From an uncultured Anaerolineaceae bacterium (GTDB taxonomy: Bacteria; Chloroflexota; Limnocylindria; Limnocylindrales; CSP1-4): a stretch of DNA of 64,000 bases. The stretch lies in contig CAZENL010000002.1 in assembly GCA_964513505.1 (NCBI GenBank), positions 4,261 through 68,260 of the forward strand, given 5' to 3'. The stretch's first letter is position 1, and each line of letters starts with the position of its first letter. The position numbers and the translations under genes are program-made. The notes beneath the pieces were generated by a model, which did not search any database, was not told where the DNA came from, and was given only the letters and a program-made list of their open reading frames with translations. Shown here one piece after another: positions 19,410-29,837 of this stretch.

Positions 19410-20078
19410 GTGAAGATCGGCGTCCTGGCGCTTCAGGGAGCCTTCGCCGAGCACCTCAGCGTACTGCGCCAGATCGGCGCCGAGGGCGTGGCCGTGCGCC
19501 TGCCCGAGGACCTGGAAGGCGTCAACGGCCTGATCCTGCCCGGTGGCGAGAGCACGGCCATTCGCAAGCTCGTCGACCGCTGGGGACTCCGCCAGCCCAT
19601 CCAGGAACTGGCCGATCGCGGCGCGCCAATCTTCGGGACGTGCGCCGGGATGATCCTGCTCAGCCGCGACATCGTGGACGGCGACGAACCGGTCTGGCCG
19701 CTGCTTGACGTGAGCGTCAAGCGCAATGCCTTCGGGCGCCAGCTGGACAGTTTCGAGTCGGACCTCCAGGTTCCGATCCTTGGCGACCAGCCGGTCCATG
19801 GCGTCTTCATTCGGGCCCCCGTGATCGATCGTGTCGGCCCGGAGGTGGACGTGCTGGCGCGGCTGGACGACGGCCGCGTGGTGGCCGTTCGGCAGCGCAA
19901 CGTGCTGGCAACCGCGTTTCACCCGGAGCTGGCCGGAGAGACGCGCTTCCACAGCCTGCTCGCGACCATGGCCGGCGCCTATGCCGAGCCCGAAGAGGGC
20001 AGCGGACGGCGTCATCACCCAACCCGCCGGGCCCAGGCGCAGGCAGCGGACAGGGGCGCTCGCGAGGCGGACCGGTGA
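19410..20078 (+). CDS. pdxT: Pyridoxal 5'-phosphate synthase glutaminase subunit PdxT
   Basis: MKIGVLALQGAF...GTCAGMILL contains the class I glutamine amidotransferase Cys/His triad. It lies directly downstream of pdxS. Confidence 0.9.
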   Translation: MKIGVLALQGAFAEHLSVLRQIGAEGVAVRLPEDLEGVNGLILPGGESTAIRKLVDRWGLRQPIQELADRGAPIFGTCAGMILLSRDIVDGDEPVWPLLDVSVKRNAFGRQLDSFESDLQVPILGDQPVHGVFIRAPVIDRVGPEVDVLARLDDGRVVAVRQRNVLATAFHPELAGETRFHSLLATMAGAYAEPEEGSGRRHHPTRRAQAQAADRGAREADR

Positions 20079-21130
20079 CGATCAGGCCCGGGCGTTCCGG
20101 GCGCGTGCGGGCGGCTCGCCTCACGGACCTTGCCGCCCTGGGAGAGTTGTCCCGGCTTTCGCATGCGCCCGTTCGCGAGGAGGACGCCGAGGGCACGCCG
20201 GTGCGCTCGCTGGGCCTGCCCGTCAACGCCAGCCAGATCAGCGTCTTCAGCCTCTTCCGCATGCCGCTCGGTGCGTTCCAGCCGCACGACCCGCTGTATG
20301 TCTACGAGGTGGACGGCAGCCTCTCGGGCCTTGCCCGCGTCCAGCGCGACAACCACCGCGACGAGTGGACCATCGTGGAGCTGGACGCGGTCGACCATGG
20401 CGACGCGGGCGACATCCGCTTCCGCCTGGTGCAGCACCTGCTGCGCGACGGCGCCAAGCGTGGTGCGGAACGGATCCACGTTGCGTGTTCGGATGAGGGC
20501 GGGAACGTGGAGCTGTTCATGCAGGCCGGCTTCGCTCGGTACGGCGAAGAGGTGATCCTGTACCGCCCGCCGACGGCGCCGTTGCCGCAGCTCCCCACCG
20601 ACGCAGAGGCGGCCGAGATGGGCATCCGGCCGACGACCGCGCTGGATGCCCTCCAGTTGCATCGCCTGTACCAGTCGACGACCCCGCGGCCCGTGTTCCG
20701 ATTCGAGGGCTACCGCATCGCCGACTGGGAGCGCCAGGGAAGCGAGTGGCGCATCCCGCGATCGTCGCTGACGCCGATCCTCCGCTTCGCCGACGTCGAG
20801 GCGTTCGTCCAGGAAGCACCGCCGCCGGCGACCCATGAGCTGGCTGCGTTCGTGCAGATCGGCGTGGCGAAGGAAGACCAGCCGCATTACCTCCGTGTGG
20901 TCTCGACGCCGGCCCACGATCCGACCGACCTCATCCACTACGGCCTGGGCGTGGTCGCGCGCGGCACACCCGAAGCTCGCGGCATTCTGACGGCCGTGCG
21001 AACCTACGAGTCACCACTGGACCGGCGCCTGGAGGAGGCTGGTTTCGAACCCATCGCCAACGTCTCGCTGCTGTTGAAGGAGAACCTGGTGCGCGTCGCC
21101 GAGCCGATGCTCGTGCCGGCCGTCCGCTGA
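20075..21130 (+). CDS. GNAT-fold acetyltransferase-like protein (two-lobe)
   Basis: ATGA overlap with the pdxT stop. A GNAT motif A-like segment ([25 protein letters not shown]...ELFMQAGFA) is present, with a second GNAT-like lobe downstream. Confidence 0.6.
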   Translation: MTIRPGRSGRVRAARLTDLAALGELSRLSHAPVREEDAEGTPVRSLGLPVNASQISVFSLFRMPLGAFQPHDPLYVYEVDGSLSGLARVQRDNHRDEWTIVELDAVDHGDAGDIRFRLVQHLLRDGAKRGAERIHVACSDEGGNVELFMQAGFARYGEEVILYRPPTAPLPQLPTDAEAAEMGIRPTTALDALQLHRLYQSTTPRPVFRFEGYRIADWERQGSEWRIPRSSLTPILRFADVEAFVQEAPPPATHELAAFVQIGVAKEDQPHYLRVVSTPAHDPTDLIHYGLGVVARGTPEARGILTAVRTYESPLDRRLEEAGFEPIANVSLLLKENLVRVAEPMLVPAVR

Positions 21131-21143
21131 CCCAGGAGGAATC

Positions 21144-23429
21144 GTGGTTACCCAACGAAGCCAACCAGACCTGCCGCCAGTCGCTCCCGAGCCGCTCTCG
21201 GCTGCGGAGCTCGCCCCCGACGACGAGGTCGGCACGACCAGATCGCGGCCGCATCCCGCGCCGCGCCACGAGCTCACGGACGGCATCGACGTCTTGCTCG
21301 ACTGCCTGCCCCCGGAGATCCAGGCCAGCTTCAGGGCCCTGCCGGAGGCATCGACGGTGATCGAGGTGGTGCTCGATCTCGGCCGCCCGCCGGAGGCGCG
21401 CTTCGGCGCGGGCGGCGAGGCGCAACTCCTGTCTCGAGAGATCGACGAGGAGGACATCCAGTACGTCGTCGACCACATCGGCTCGTTCGGCGACGACAAC
21501 CGCGCGGGCATCGAGCGGACGCTCCACCGCATCTCGGCCATTCGCAATCGCAACGGCAAGATCGTTGGGCTGACGTGCCGCATCGGGCGGGCCGTGTTCG
21601 GCACGATCGAGATCATCGAGGACCTGGTGGAGTCCGGGAACTCGGTGCTGATCATGGGCCGGCCGGGCATTGGCAAGACCACCATGCTGCGCGAGGCGGC
21701 GCGCGTGCTGGCAGACGACATGGACAAGCGTGTCGTGGTCGTTGACACGAGCAACGAAATCGCGGGCGACGGAGACATTCCCCATCCGGGAATCGGCCGC
21801 GCACGCCGAATGCAGGTGCGCACCCCGGCGCAACAGCACGCGGTGATGATCGAGGCGGTGGAGAACCACATGCCGGAGGTCATCGTCATCGACGAGATCG
21901 GCACGGAGTTGGAGGCACTGGCCGCCCGCACCATCGCCGAGCGCGGAGTCCAGCTGATCGGCACCGCCCACGGCAACAGCCTGGACAACCTGATGCTCAA
22001 CCCAACGCTGTCGGACCTGATCGGCGGTATCCAGTCGGTGACGCTCGGCGACGAGGAGGCACGTCGGCGGCGCACGCAGAAGAGCGTGCTGGAGCGAAAG
22101 GCGCCGCCCACCTTCGACGTGGTGGTGGAGATCCAGGATCGCGATCGCGTGACCGTGCACGTGGATGTGGCCGAGACCGTCGACGCGCTGCTGCGCGGCG
22201 ATCCACTCGCCCCGGAGATGCGCTGGCGGGACGAATCGGGCGTTCATCGGTCGCAGGCCCGGCCAAAGCCAGGGCCGTCGGCCCAGTTGCCCGGAGAGCG
22301 ATTCGGCGGCCTGGTCGGCAGCGGACAGATGGGCTGGCGCGTCGAGCCCGGCTGGCGGCCGGACGCGCGCCGCAACGAGGCCGGCGCGGGCTACCGCGAG
22401 ATCGGAGCTCGAAGCCCGGAGCGCGAGCGCGGCGGAGAGCGCGAGCGTGGTGGAGCGCGGCCCGGCTATCGGCCCGGTGCGAGTGGCGGCTGGCGCAGTT
22501 CACGCGGGCGGAGCGGCGGCACCCGTTCGTCCGGTTCTGAAACCCCTCCAGCGGCCTGGCCTGGGGAGTCGGGACAAACCTTCCCCGCTCCGGCGGGTTC
22601 GTCGGCACCCACCGGTTTCCAGGCCGGCGAGATTGCCGACCGGGGTCCTCTGGAGCGCGGCACGCCGCCGCCACCGGAACCGCGCGCCAGGGATTCGCGC
22701 GAGTTCGACCGCCAGAAGGCGTGGCGCGACTCGGCGGTGCGCGCAATGCGGGAGATGCGTGCCGAATCGAGCGCGTCGGGGGTGGACGACGAGTCTGCCA
22801 GCGCGGAGACCGTCGGGCGACCGGTGGATGCGGCTGGGGCGCTGGACTCGGCCGTCTGGCCGCCGCGCGAGATCTGGCTCGAACCGGACACGGACGACGA
22901 CGATCCGGAGGCGGAGGTCATCCACCTCTCCGACGGACGCCAAGAGGCCAGCCTCCCGCTGGAGACGCTCAACGTGCTGGGTTTCGGGGTCAGCCGCAAG
23001 CGCCTCGAACAGGCCATTCGCGAGCTTCAGCTGCCGGTCGTGATCGTGCGCGAAGCCCGAGAAGCGGACGTGGTCATTACCCTGCGCAACTTCTACAAGC
23101 AGAAGGCGCCGGCCCTGCGTGACGCCGAAGACCGCGGACTTCCCATCTACGTGCTCAAGTCCAACACGATCGTACAGATCCAGGCCTCCCTGACCGCGCT
23201 CTTCTCGCTGGACCTGGACCCCAACGAGGCTGCGCTTCGCGAGGTGGAGGACGCCATCGGCCTGGTGCGCCAGGAGCAGAAGCCGGTCGAGCTCTCCCCG
23301 CAGAACGCCTACATCCGGCGGTTGCAGCACCAGGCGGCTGAGCGGGCCAACTTCGTGTCCCGTTCTCGCGGCCGCGAGCCGTTCCGTCGCGTACGCGTCT
23401 ACCCGGATCGCGTTCGCACCTGGCGCTGA
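21144..23429 (+). CDS. Ycf45/SpoIIIAA-like AAA ATPase with a C-terminal R3H nucleic-acid-binding domain and a long Arg/Gly-rich linker
   Basis: Walker A (GRPGIGKTT) and Walker B (VIVIDEIG) are present. The central region is low-complexity ([15 protein letters not shown]...). The C-terminal R3H-like region is [13 protein letters not shown]. Confidence 0.8.
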   Translation: MVTQRSQPDLPPVAPEPLSAAELAPDDEVGTTRSRPHPAPRHELTDGIDVLLDCLPPEIQASFRALPEASTVIEVVLDLGRPPEARFGAGGEAQLLSREIDEEDIQYVVDHIGSFGDDNRAGIERTLHRISAIRNRNGKIVGLTCRIGRAVFGTIEIIEDLVESGNSVLIMGRPGIGKTTMLREAARVLADDMDKRVVVVDTSNEIAGDGDIPHPGIGRARRMQVRTPAQQHAVMIEAVENHMPEVIVIDEIGTELEALAARTIAERGVQLIGTAHGNSLDNLMLNPTLSDLIGGIQSVTLGDEEARRRRTQKSVLERKAPPTFDVVVEIQDRDRVTVHVDVAETVDALLRGDPLAPEMRWRDESGVHRSQARPKPGPSAQLPGERFGGLVGSGQMGWRVEPGWRPDARRNEAGAGYREIGARSPERERGGERERGGARPGYRPGASGGWRSSRGRSGGTRSSGSETPPAAWPGESGQTFPAPAGSSAPTGFQAGEIADRGPLERGTPPPPEPRARDSREFDRQKAWRDSAVRAMREMRAESSASGVDDESASAETVGRPVDAAGALDSAVWPPREIWLEPDTDDDDPEAEVIHLSDGRQEASLPLETLNVLGFGVSRKRLEQAIRELQLPVVIVREAREADVVITLRNFYKQKAPALRDAEDRGLPIYVLKSNTIVQIQASLTALFSLDLDPNEAALREVEDAIGLVRQEQKPVELSPQNAYIRRLQHQAAERANFVSRSRGREPFRRVRVYPDRVRTWR

Positions 23430-23460
23430 GGTCCACGCGGCGCGCCCGCGGCCGGGCGCC

Positions 23461-25263
23461 TCAACGCAGAGCCAGCGCCTGGACCGTCATCAGCGCACCG
23501 GCACCGAGCACGGTGAAGGCCGTCGCCGTCGGCAGCCACCGCGCAACGCTCACGCCGCGGCCGCCCGTGGAGAAGCGTTCCACGAAGCCCCGAGCGTAGA
23601 CGAGGCCCATGCCGACCCCCACCAGCACGATGGCCATGCCCAGTCCGAACGCCACCGTGAGCACGACGCCGTAGGCGGGCCTGCCCGCCGCGAGCGCTCC
23701 AAGAAGGACGATCAGGGCGGAGACTGACGGCACCATGCCGCCGGCAAGTCCGAGCGTGATCAGGCCGCGACGGCTCAGCGTGGTTCCCTTCGGGGGAAGG
23801 TGTGTGTGGGTCCGGCCGCCATGGCTGTGCCAGCCGTCCTCGGCGGCGTGCTCGTGCTCATCACTGTCGTGCGGATGGTCGTGGGGTTCGGCGTCGCTGG
23901 TCTGGTGTACGTGTCCGTGGTCGTCAGCGTGGTGGTGTTCGTGATCGTGTTCGAGATGGTCCGCGTGAGCCTCGGCATGCGCGACGTCGGCCCGGGCAGC
24001 CGAGCGCGACCGGCGTACCTCGGCAATCCGCTGCCAGATCAGCCACGTGCCGATAGCGACGACGATCGTGCCGGAGGCCACGCCCAGGATCGGATAGAGG
24101 CGATCGGGTTGGATGACCGTGGAGAACGAGAGGGTCAGCAGTCCCAGGGTTAGCACTCCGATCGTGTGAGACACCGTTACCATCAGACCGAGTCCCAGGG
24201 CCTGGCGCGCATTGCCACGTGACCCGACCAGGTAGGCGGCCATGACGGTCTTGCCATGGCCAGGGGAGACGGCATGCAGGGCGCCCAGGCCCGCGGCCAC
24301 CAACAGCGAGACCGCGATCACCCACGGGGTGAGGTCCTTGGCCTGGAACAACGCGGTCACATCCGAGCCAAGGTCCGTGACGCCATTCGGCACCGCGGCG
24401 GTCACCGGCGGGTTGGCGGCGGGCTGGACGGGTATGACGGCGGGATCGGCCGGCGCCGAGACTGGCTGCTGCGGCACGGTCCCGCTGAGCGACGCCGGCT
24501 GGCTGGTGATGGGCTGCGCGTCGGGGATGCTGAGTGGTGGCAATGCTGGGCCACCCGGCTGGGCGGTCCACGCCGCCTGGAACTGGTCCAGCGGGACGGT
24601 CAACAGGTCCGTCGGATAGGTGGTCAGGCGCAGGCTGACGGTGGAGTCCGGGGCGTCCGAATTGACCAGGGTGGCTCCGTCGCCCTGCACCACGACCTCG
24701 CGCCAGCCGCGGCGGTCCGCGTAGAGGTTGTCGCTGAACGAGAAGGCAGTGCCTGCCGAGAGCGGCGAGGCCAGCGGAGCCCGGTAGGTGCATACGAGGC
24801 GCATGGTCACGGCGCCCTGGCCCTGCGGGAACTCGATACCGCGCTCGGTGACGGCCAGCGCCAACGGCATTCCCCCAACAGAAAGGTTCAGCGACTGCCG
24901 GGTGCTGTCGCAGTGGCTGGCCGCATAGGCTGCGGCTTCGGAATCAGACACGCTGCCGTCGCCGTCCGTGTCCATGTCCGCACGCTCGGAGAAGGTCGGT
25001 ATTTCCGCCATATCCAGGACGTGGTCCACGACCACGTCCGTCGTCGACACGCGAATGCCGTCGTAGCGGTTGATCGTGAAGTTGCCCAGCGGGTGCGCGC
25101 TGACGGCAACCGGGAAGAGCAGCGCCGTTGAGGCGAGGAACCCTGCCAGCAGCGGCCGGCGAAGCCTCTGGAGACGAACGAGGCCGCTCACGGCTGGGTC
25201 CCCGCTGCGCCGCCGAGTTCGGCGAGCGCGGCCGCGGCCCGCGGCGCGTAGAGCGGCGACCAC
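23461..25263 (-). CDS. RcnA/NicO-family nickel/cobalt transporter fused to a ~300-aa N-terminal secreted domain
   Basis: The C-terminal half aligns with E. coli RcnA (LGALHAVSPGHGKTVMAAYLVG; His-rich loop HAEAHADHLEHDHEHHHADDHGHVH; GLAGGMVPSVSALIVLLGAL). The N-terminus has a signal peptide plus an uncharacterised domain. The start overlaps the 3' end of the upstream TPR gene by 76 nt and may lie further downstream. Confidence 0.8.
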   Translation of the reverse strand: MVAALRAAGRGRARRTRRRSGDPAVSGLVRLQRLRRPLLAGFLASTALLFPVAVSAHPLGNFTINRYDGIRVSTTDVVVDHVLDMAEIPTFSERADMDTDGDGSVSDSEAAAYAASHCDSTRQSLNLSVGGMPLALAVTERGIEFPQGQGAVTMRLVCTYRAPLASPLSAGTAFSFSDNLYADRRGWREVVVQGDGATLVNSDAPDSTVSLRLTTYPTDLLTVPLDQFQAAWTAQPGGPALPPLSIPDAQPITSQPASLSGTVPQQPVSAPADPAVIPVQPAANPPVTAAVPNGVTDLGSDVTALFQAKDLTPWVIAVSLLVAAGLGALHAVSPGHGKTVMAAYLVGSRGNARQALGLGLMVTVSHTIGVLTLGLLTLSFSTVIQPDRLYPILGVASGTIVVAIGTWLIWQRIAEVRRSRSAARADVAHAEAHADHLEHDHEHHHADDHGHVHQTSDAEPHDHPHDSDEHEHAAEDGWHSHGGRTHTHLPPKGTTLSRRGLITLGLAGGMVPSVSALIVLLGALAAGRPAYGVVLTVAFGLGMAIVLVGVGMGLVYARGFVERFSTGGRGVSVARWLPTATAFTVLGAGALMTVQALALR

Positions 25264-26702
25264 ATCGGGTTGGCGGCAAGGCTCTGCTGGAGCCAGCTGC
25301 GCGCCTGGGCGTCGTCGCCCTGTGCCTTGGCGATCATGCCCGCGTGGTACGTGTAGGAAGGGTCCTTGTAGCCGAGCCTCAGCGCCTCGTCGGCGTACGT
25401 GCGGGCCTGCGCGAACTGGCCGTTCTGGTACAGCGCCCAGCCCAGCGCGTCGGCGGCCTTGATGGTCGGCGTGGCGGCGTAGGCCGTCTGGGCCAGCGTC
25501 AGGGCCGTGGCCGGATCGCCGTGCTCCGACTCGAAGAGTGCCAGGTCCAGGTCCGTGTTGACACCGTTGGCGGCGAACAGCGCCTCGATCTGGCGCACCA
25601 GCGCGTACGTCTTCCTGGAGTCCTGATCGCGCCCGGCGGCTTGCTGTGCCTCCCCTTCGGCAATCAGGAATTCGGGGAACGGAACGCGGTCGGCGGCGAC
25701 CTTGTAGCAGGCGATGGCCTGGTCGAGGTCACCCCGGGCCGCCGACACGCGGCTCACGCCTGCGAGTGCGAAGACGTAACCGGGCTCAAGCTGAAGCTCC
25801 GTCCGGTAGGCACCATCTGCCTTCTGGAGGTCGCCGGCCGTGAACTGGAGATTGCCCAGGATCACGCGCAGGTAGCCCGTGTTCTCCGGCACCGGCCCGC
25901 CCGCCTCGATGGCCAGAGCCATCGCGCTGATCGCGCCGGGAAGGTCCCCGTGCAACTCGCGCACGTAGGACACGCGGCTGTAGGAACTGAGGTCCGGTCG
26001 CATCCGGGCCATGGCATCGACGCTGGCCTGGGCCTGGTCGTAGAGGCCCAGCTCGTTCTGCGCGTCGCCGAGGACGCCGTAGATGTTCGCGGTGTGGGGA
26101 TCGAGCGCCAGCGCCTGCTGTCCGATGGCGAGGGCGCTGGCGAACTGGTGCCGCGCCAGGGCGATGGTGCCATGCCCGATGAGCGCTTCGACGTCGTCCG
26201 GGTTGACCGTGAGCAGCTGCTGGAACGCCTCGTCAGCACGGTTGTAGTCGGTGGGGTCCGCCGTCTCCCTGGCGTGCTGGTAGTAGGAGAGGCCGAGGTA
26301 GAGCAGCGAATCGTGGTCGCCGGGGTTGGCCTTGAGCGCCGCCGTGTACTTGGCGATCATGGCCTCCGTCGCGGTGGAGGCAGGCGCGGTCCCGGAGTCT
26401 GCGGCACACGCCGCGGGCACGGCCGTCGGCGGGGCCGTCGTCACGGGCGTGGCCGGCACGACGAGCGCCCCGGCGATGAGTCCGCTCGTGGGTGTGGCGG
26501 CCGATGGGGAACCGACCGCCGCGCCCGGGGCTGGCGTTGGCCCGTTGATGCCGGTCGATCCGGCTGCAATCAGGGCGCCACTGAGAATGGCGATCGCGCA
26601 GATCGCGCCAACGGCGCCTAGCCAGGTGGATCTTGATCGCCGGCCGCGATCGGGCCGAGAGTCGGTCATCGTGCGTGTCCCCTCGGTGTCGTTGCGTCCC
26701 AT
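25188..26702 (-). CDS. Secreted or membrane-anchored TPR-repeat protein
   Basis: An N-terminal TM/signal segment (WLGAVGAICAIAILSGALIAA) and Pro/Ala/Thr linker precede about 9 TPR units. Alternative starts are at 26705 (GTG) and 26669 (ATG). Confidence 0.65.
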   Translation of the reverse strand: MGRNDTEGTRTMTDSRPDRGRRSRSTWLGAVGAICAIAILSGALIAAGSTGINGPTPAPGAAVGSPSAATPTSGLIAGALVVPATPVTTAPPTAVPAACAADSGTAPASTATEAMIAKYTAALKANPGDHDSLLYLGLSYYQHARETADPTDYNRADEAFQQLLTVNPDDVEALIGHGTIALARHQFASALAIGQQALALDPHTANIYGVLGDAQNELGLYDQAQASVDAMARMRPDLSSYSRVSYVRELHGDLPGAISAMALAIEAGGPVPENTGYLRVILGNLQFTAGDLQKADGAYRTELQLEPGYVFALAGVSRVSAARGDLDQAIACYKVAADRVPFPEFLIAEGEAQQAAGRDQDSRKTYALVRQIEALFAANGVNTDLDLALFESEHGDPATALTLAQTAYAATPTIKAADALGWALYQNGQFAQARTYADEALRLGYKDPSYTYHAGMIAKAQGDDAQARSWLQQSLAANPMWSPLYAPRAAAALAELGGAAGTQP

Positions 26703-26769
26703 CACTTGCCCCTGCGTCCCTGCTGCATCTGGTGGAGAGCGAGGTGCGCCGCGTGAGGCGGAGGCAGCC

Positions 26770-26790
26770 GGCGGACCACTGCGGTCCGCC
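26770..26790 (-). terminator. Hairpin GGCGGACC-ACTGC-GGTCCGCC, 34 nt downstream of the DUF4331 stop and upstream of the co-oriented TPR gene
   Basis: Perfect 8-bp GC-rich stem with a 5-nt loop. It could attenuate read-through into the TPR/rcnA-like genes. Confidence 0.25.
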
Positions 26791-26823
26791 GAGCCAGCCT
26801 CGCCTCACCTCGGCGTGCGAGTC

Positions 26824-28323
26824 CTAGTTGGGGGAGATCCCCACGCGGCGCGGTCCTGCGAGCGCGGCCGCGGAGGAACCGGCTGCGTGAGCAGCGGCAC
26901 CGGCAGGCGCCTGGTTGTTCAGCGAGCACGGGGAGTGGCGGTAGTCGCCACCCTCGTAGCCCTTCCAAGGCGTCGCGACGTAGGGGAACGACGACAGGAA
27001 TGCCCGGTCGTTCGTGTTGCACCCGTCACCGATCTGGTTGTTCGGAGACAGGTTCTTGAGCCCGAAGGCGTTGTGGAGGAACGAGCCGTAGCCGTCAGCA
27101 ACGGCGCGGAGCTCGATGTCCACGACGTCGTCGGTGAGGCGGCGGCCATTGGGGAAGCCGGCCAGGTCACCCGCCAGGGCACCCAGGCGGCTCGGATGTG
27201 CGGTCGGCGGCACGCCCATGTTGAGCCGGAGCTCGTCGTAGAGGGTGCTGCCGGTATTGGTCTGGTTGAGCGTCGGAACGCCTTGGCCGAGGATCAAGGC
27301 GAGGTCGCCGCGACCGGTGGTGTCAGCGTCCGGCAGTGACGGGTAGATCGTGTTGATGATCGCCGCCAATTCCGGGTTCTGGTAACGGGCCATGTAGGTG
27401 GCATCACCGGACGGGTCGGACGCGTTCCACTGGTCCTTCTCGCCGACGGGGATGATCACCTCGTTGATGAGGGGGTTGCCGAGACGGGAAACCTGCTGCC
27501 AGGTCCCGGCGGTGCCGGCGGTCGTGACGACCATGCGGCTGGCGCCCGCCCAGAACCCGACCGACGCGTTGCTTGCGCCGGGTCCGCTGACGGGCTGGCC
27601 GTCCACGGTCAGGTCCGAGTTGGGCACCTGGAACGCGATGCTGTTGACGTTGAAGCCCGCCAGGTCGTCCTGGCCCTTGGCGGTTGCCAGCGGAAGCAGG
27701 TGTGCGCCGTTGAACGGCCGCAGGCCGCCAAGGTCGAAGATGGCGCCGATGTCGGCGAAGAACGGATCGTCACGCTGCCCGGCGAAGACCATGCGATCGG
27801 TGCCGAACGAGTGAATGCCGTCGCTGGCGATGTCGTGATAGCTGGGCGTGGTGCGAGGGCCGATGTTCGGCGCCGGCACGGACAGGTCGCTGGCCACGGT
27901 CACGCCGTTGCGCTGGACCGTGTAGGTCTGCGTGACGTTCGCGGCCACCGCGGGGATCGGCCCGTAGCCGCTGTACAGGAAGCTGTCCGGGTTCGCGACG
28001 TGAGTCGTGAACTGGAACGTGTAGGTGACGTCGGCAACGCCGTCGCCATTGTTGTCGACCTTGACCCAGTAGAGGACGGTGGGGTCGAAGGGGTAGAAGT
28101 TGGGGCCGCCGGCCGGCTCCTGGAAGCCGTCGTAGTCGGCGACGACCGTGACGGTGCTCGGCTTGTCCGGACTGACGAACGCGTACAGGTCCGTGTTGTC
28201 CGCCGAAGGATCCCGTGAGATCAACGGAGCTTCCCGGTGGCTCGACGCGAGCGCCGGAACCGATGAGGAGATCGCGATGAGCCCGACGGCTCCCGTGATC
28301 GCGATCGATCGTTTGAGAGACAT
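26824..28323 (-). CDS. Secreted DUF4331-domain protein
   Basis: Signal peptide (MSLKRSIAITGAVGLIAISSSVPALA) then the SHREAPLIS...DNTDLYAFVSPD motif characteristic of DUF4331. A GGGAGG Shine-Dalgarno lies 9 nt before the ATG. The ORF-track N-terminal 51 aa are upstream read-through. Confidence 0.75.
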   Translation of the reverse strand: MSLKRSIAITGAVGLIAISSSVPALASSHREAPLISRDPSADNTDLYAFVSPDKPSTVTVVADYDGFQEPAGGPNFYPFDPTVLYWVKVDNNGDGVADVTYTFQFTTHVANPDSFLYSGYGPIPAVAANVTQTYTVQRNGVTVASDLSVPAPNIGPRTTPSYHDIASDGIHSFGTDRMVFAGQRDDPFFADIGAIFDLGGLRPFNGAHLLPLATAKGQDDLAGFNVNSIAFQVPNSDLTVDGQPVSGPGASNASVGFWAGASRMVVTTAGTAGTWQQVSRLGNPLINEVIIPVGEKDQWNASDPSGDATYMARYQNPELAAIINTIYPSLPDADTTGRGDLALILGQGVPTLNQTNTGSTLYDELRLNMGVPPTAHPSRLGALAGDLAGFPNGRRLTDDVVDIELRAVADGYGSFLHNAFGLKNLSPNNQIGDGCNTNDRAFLSSFPYVATPWKGYEGGDYRHSPCSLNNQAPAGAAAHAAGSSAAALAGPRRVGISPN

Positions 28324-28521
28324 TGACGAAAGAACCTCCCTATCCAGTGGTGCGTCCCCGAACGGCTCGGCTTCTCCCTGGTTCCCTCCTTCCACTCGCG
28401 CCATCCCGGTGCTGGGGCCTGCGTCCCCTCCGGACGGGCCGGGCATGTAAGAGGCCGTTCGCGATCGGCGGGTCAAGGGATGAATCGAGGTGAGAATCCC
28501 TTCGCTAGACTTCGCGACGCA

Positions 28522-29208
28522 ATGAGAGCCGCGGCGTTAGGCCGTTTCGTGTCCCTCGAGGGGCCGGACGGAGCGGGGAAGTCACGGGCGGCGGGACGCC
28601 TGGCCGAGCACCTGCGCGCGCGGGGCGTGGCAGTCACTCTCACGCGCGAACCCGGCGGCACGCGGTTGGGTGAGCAGATCCGCGCATTGCTGCTCGACCG
28701 CGACGCCGCCGAACGCGTCCCGGAGGCGGACGCGCTGCTCTTCAGCGCAGCGCGCAGCCAGCTGGTCCAGGAGGTGATCCGGCCGGCGTTGGATCGCGGT
28801 GACGTGGTGGTCTGCGACCGCTTCGCCGCCTCGACGCTCGCCTACCAGGGCTACGGCGCGGGCGTAGATCTCGAGTCGCTGCGCCTGATGGAGTCGCTGG
28901 CCGTGGACGGCACGCGGCCTGACCTGGTGCTGCTGCTGGATACGCCGGTCGAGGTTGGCCTGGGCAGGCGCGGAATTGGAGACCCGGCGGAACTGACGCG
29001 TTTCGAGGATGCCTCACGGCATGATCTGGCATTCCACGAGCGCGTCCGACGCGGATACCTGGCGCTGGCGGAGGCTGACCCGGAGCGCTGGAGAGTGGTC
29101 GACGGAGACCGCGAGCCGGCCCGTGTTGACGCAGAACTCTTCCGTCTGGTGGACGAGTTTTTGGCTTCCGATGAACTATCGGGCGCCCTGGCGCGCATGC
29201 ACCAGTGA
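28522..29208 (+). CDS. tmk: Thymidylate kinase
   Basis: P-loop (FVSLEGPDGAGKS) plus LID and DRF motifs (VVCDRFAAST). Start chosen at the M that gives a canonical Tmk N-terminus. Confidence 0.85.
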   Translation: MRAAALGRFVSLEGPDGAGKSRAAGRLAEHLRARGVAVTLTREPGGTRLGEQIRALLLDRDAAERVPEADALLFSAARSQLVQEVIRPALDRGDVVVCDRFAASTLAYQGYGAGVDLESLRLMESLAVDGTRPDLVLLLDTPVEVGLGRRGIGDPAELTRFEDASRHDLAFHERVRRGYLALAEADPERWRVVDGDREPARVDAELFRLVDEFLASDELSGALARMHQ

Positions 29209-29837
29209 ACGCAACGCCCGATCGCGGCCTGACTGCGGGCAGCCTGCCCGAGCTGACCGACGAGGCGTTGCTCGAACGTGCCGGCAATGGCGATCAGGGC
29301 GCGATCGCCGTGCTGTACGACCGCTACAGGGGATTGATGTACGGATTGGCGACCAGGATCACCGGCGACCAGGCGCTCGCGCAGGACGTCCTCCAGGACG
29401 CTTTCGTGGGCATCTGGAAGAACGCCGCGCGCTTCTCCAGCGCCCGCGCCAGCGCGCGCACGTGGATCCTGTCCATCACGCATCACCGCGCCGTGGATGC
29501 CGTCCGCCGGCGCCGTCCGACCATGGAACTGCCTGACGCGGAACTGCCGCCGCCGGTCCAGCTGACCGTGCCGGATGTCTGGGGTGACGTGGCCCAGCGC
29601 CTGGACGGCGAAGCGGTCAAGGCCGCCCTCGAGACGCTCTCCGGCGTACAGCGCGAGGCCATCGAGCTTGCCTACTTCGGCGGGCTGACGCAACAGGAGA
29701 TTGCCGACCGCACCGGTGCGCCGCTGGGGACGGTGAAGAGCCGTGTCCGCCTCGGGCTTCTGCAACTCAGGACCGTCCTCGAAGGCGATCAGACGGCCAC
29801 CACGGCGCGGCCACTCACGGTCATGGAGCGGACATGA
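29205..29837 (+). CDS. ECF sigma factor (sigma-70 regions 2 and 4), SigK-like
   Basis: Region 2 (DVLQDAFVGIWKNAARF) and region 4 (ELAYFGGLTQQEIADRTGAPLGTVKSRV) are present. ATGA overlap with tmk; the cognate anti-sigma gene lies downstream. Confidence 0.85.
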   Translation: MNATPDRGLTAGSLPELTDEALLERAGNGDQGAIAVLYDRYRGLMYGLATRITGDQALAQDVLQDAFVGIWKNAARFSSARASARTWILSITHHRAVDAVRRRRPTMELPDAELPPPVQLTVPDVWGDVAQRLDGEAVKAALETLSGVQREAIELAYFGGLTQQEIADRTGAPLGTVKSRVRLGLLQLRTVLEGDQTATTARPLTVMERT

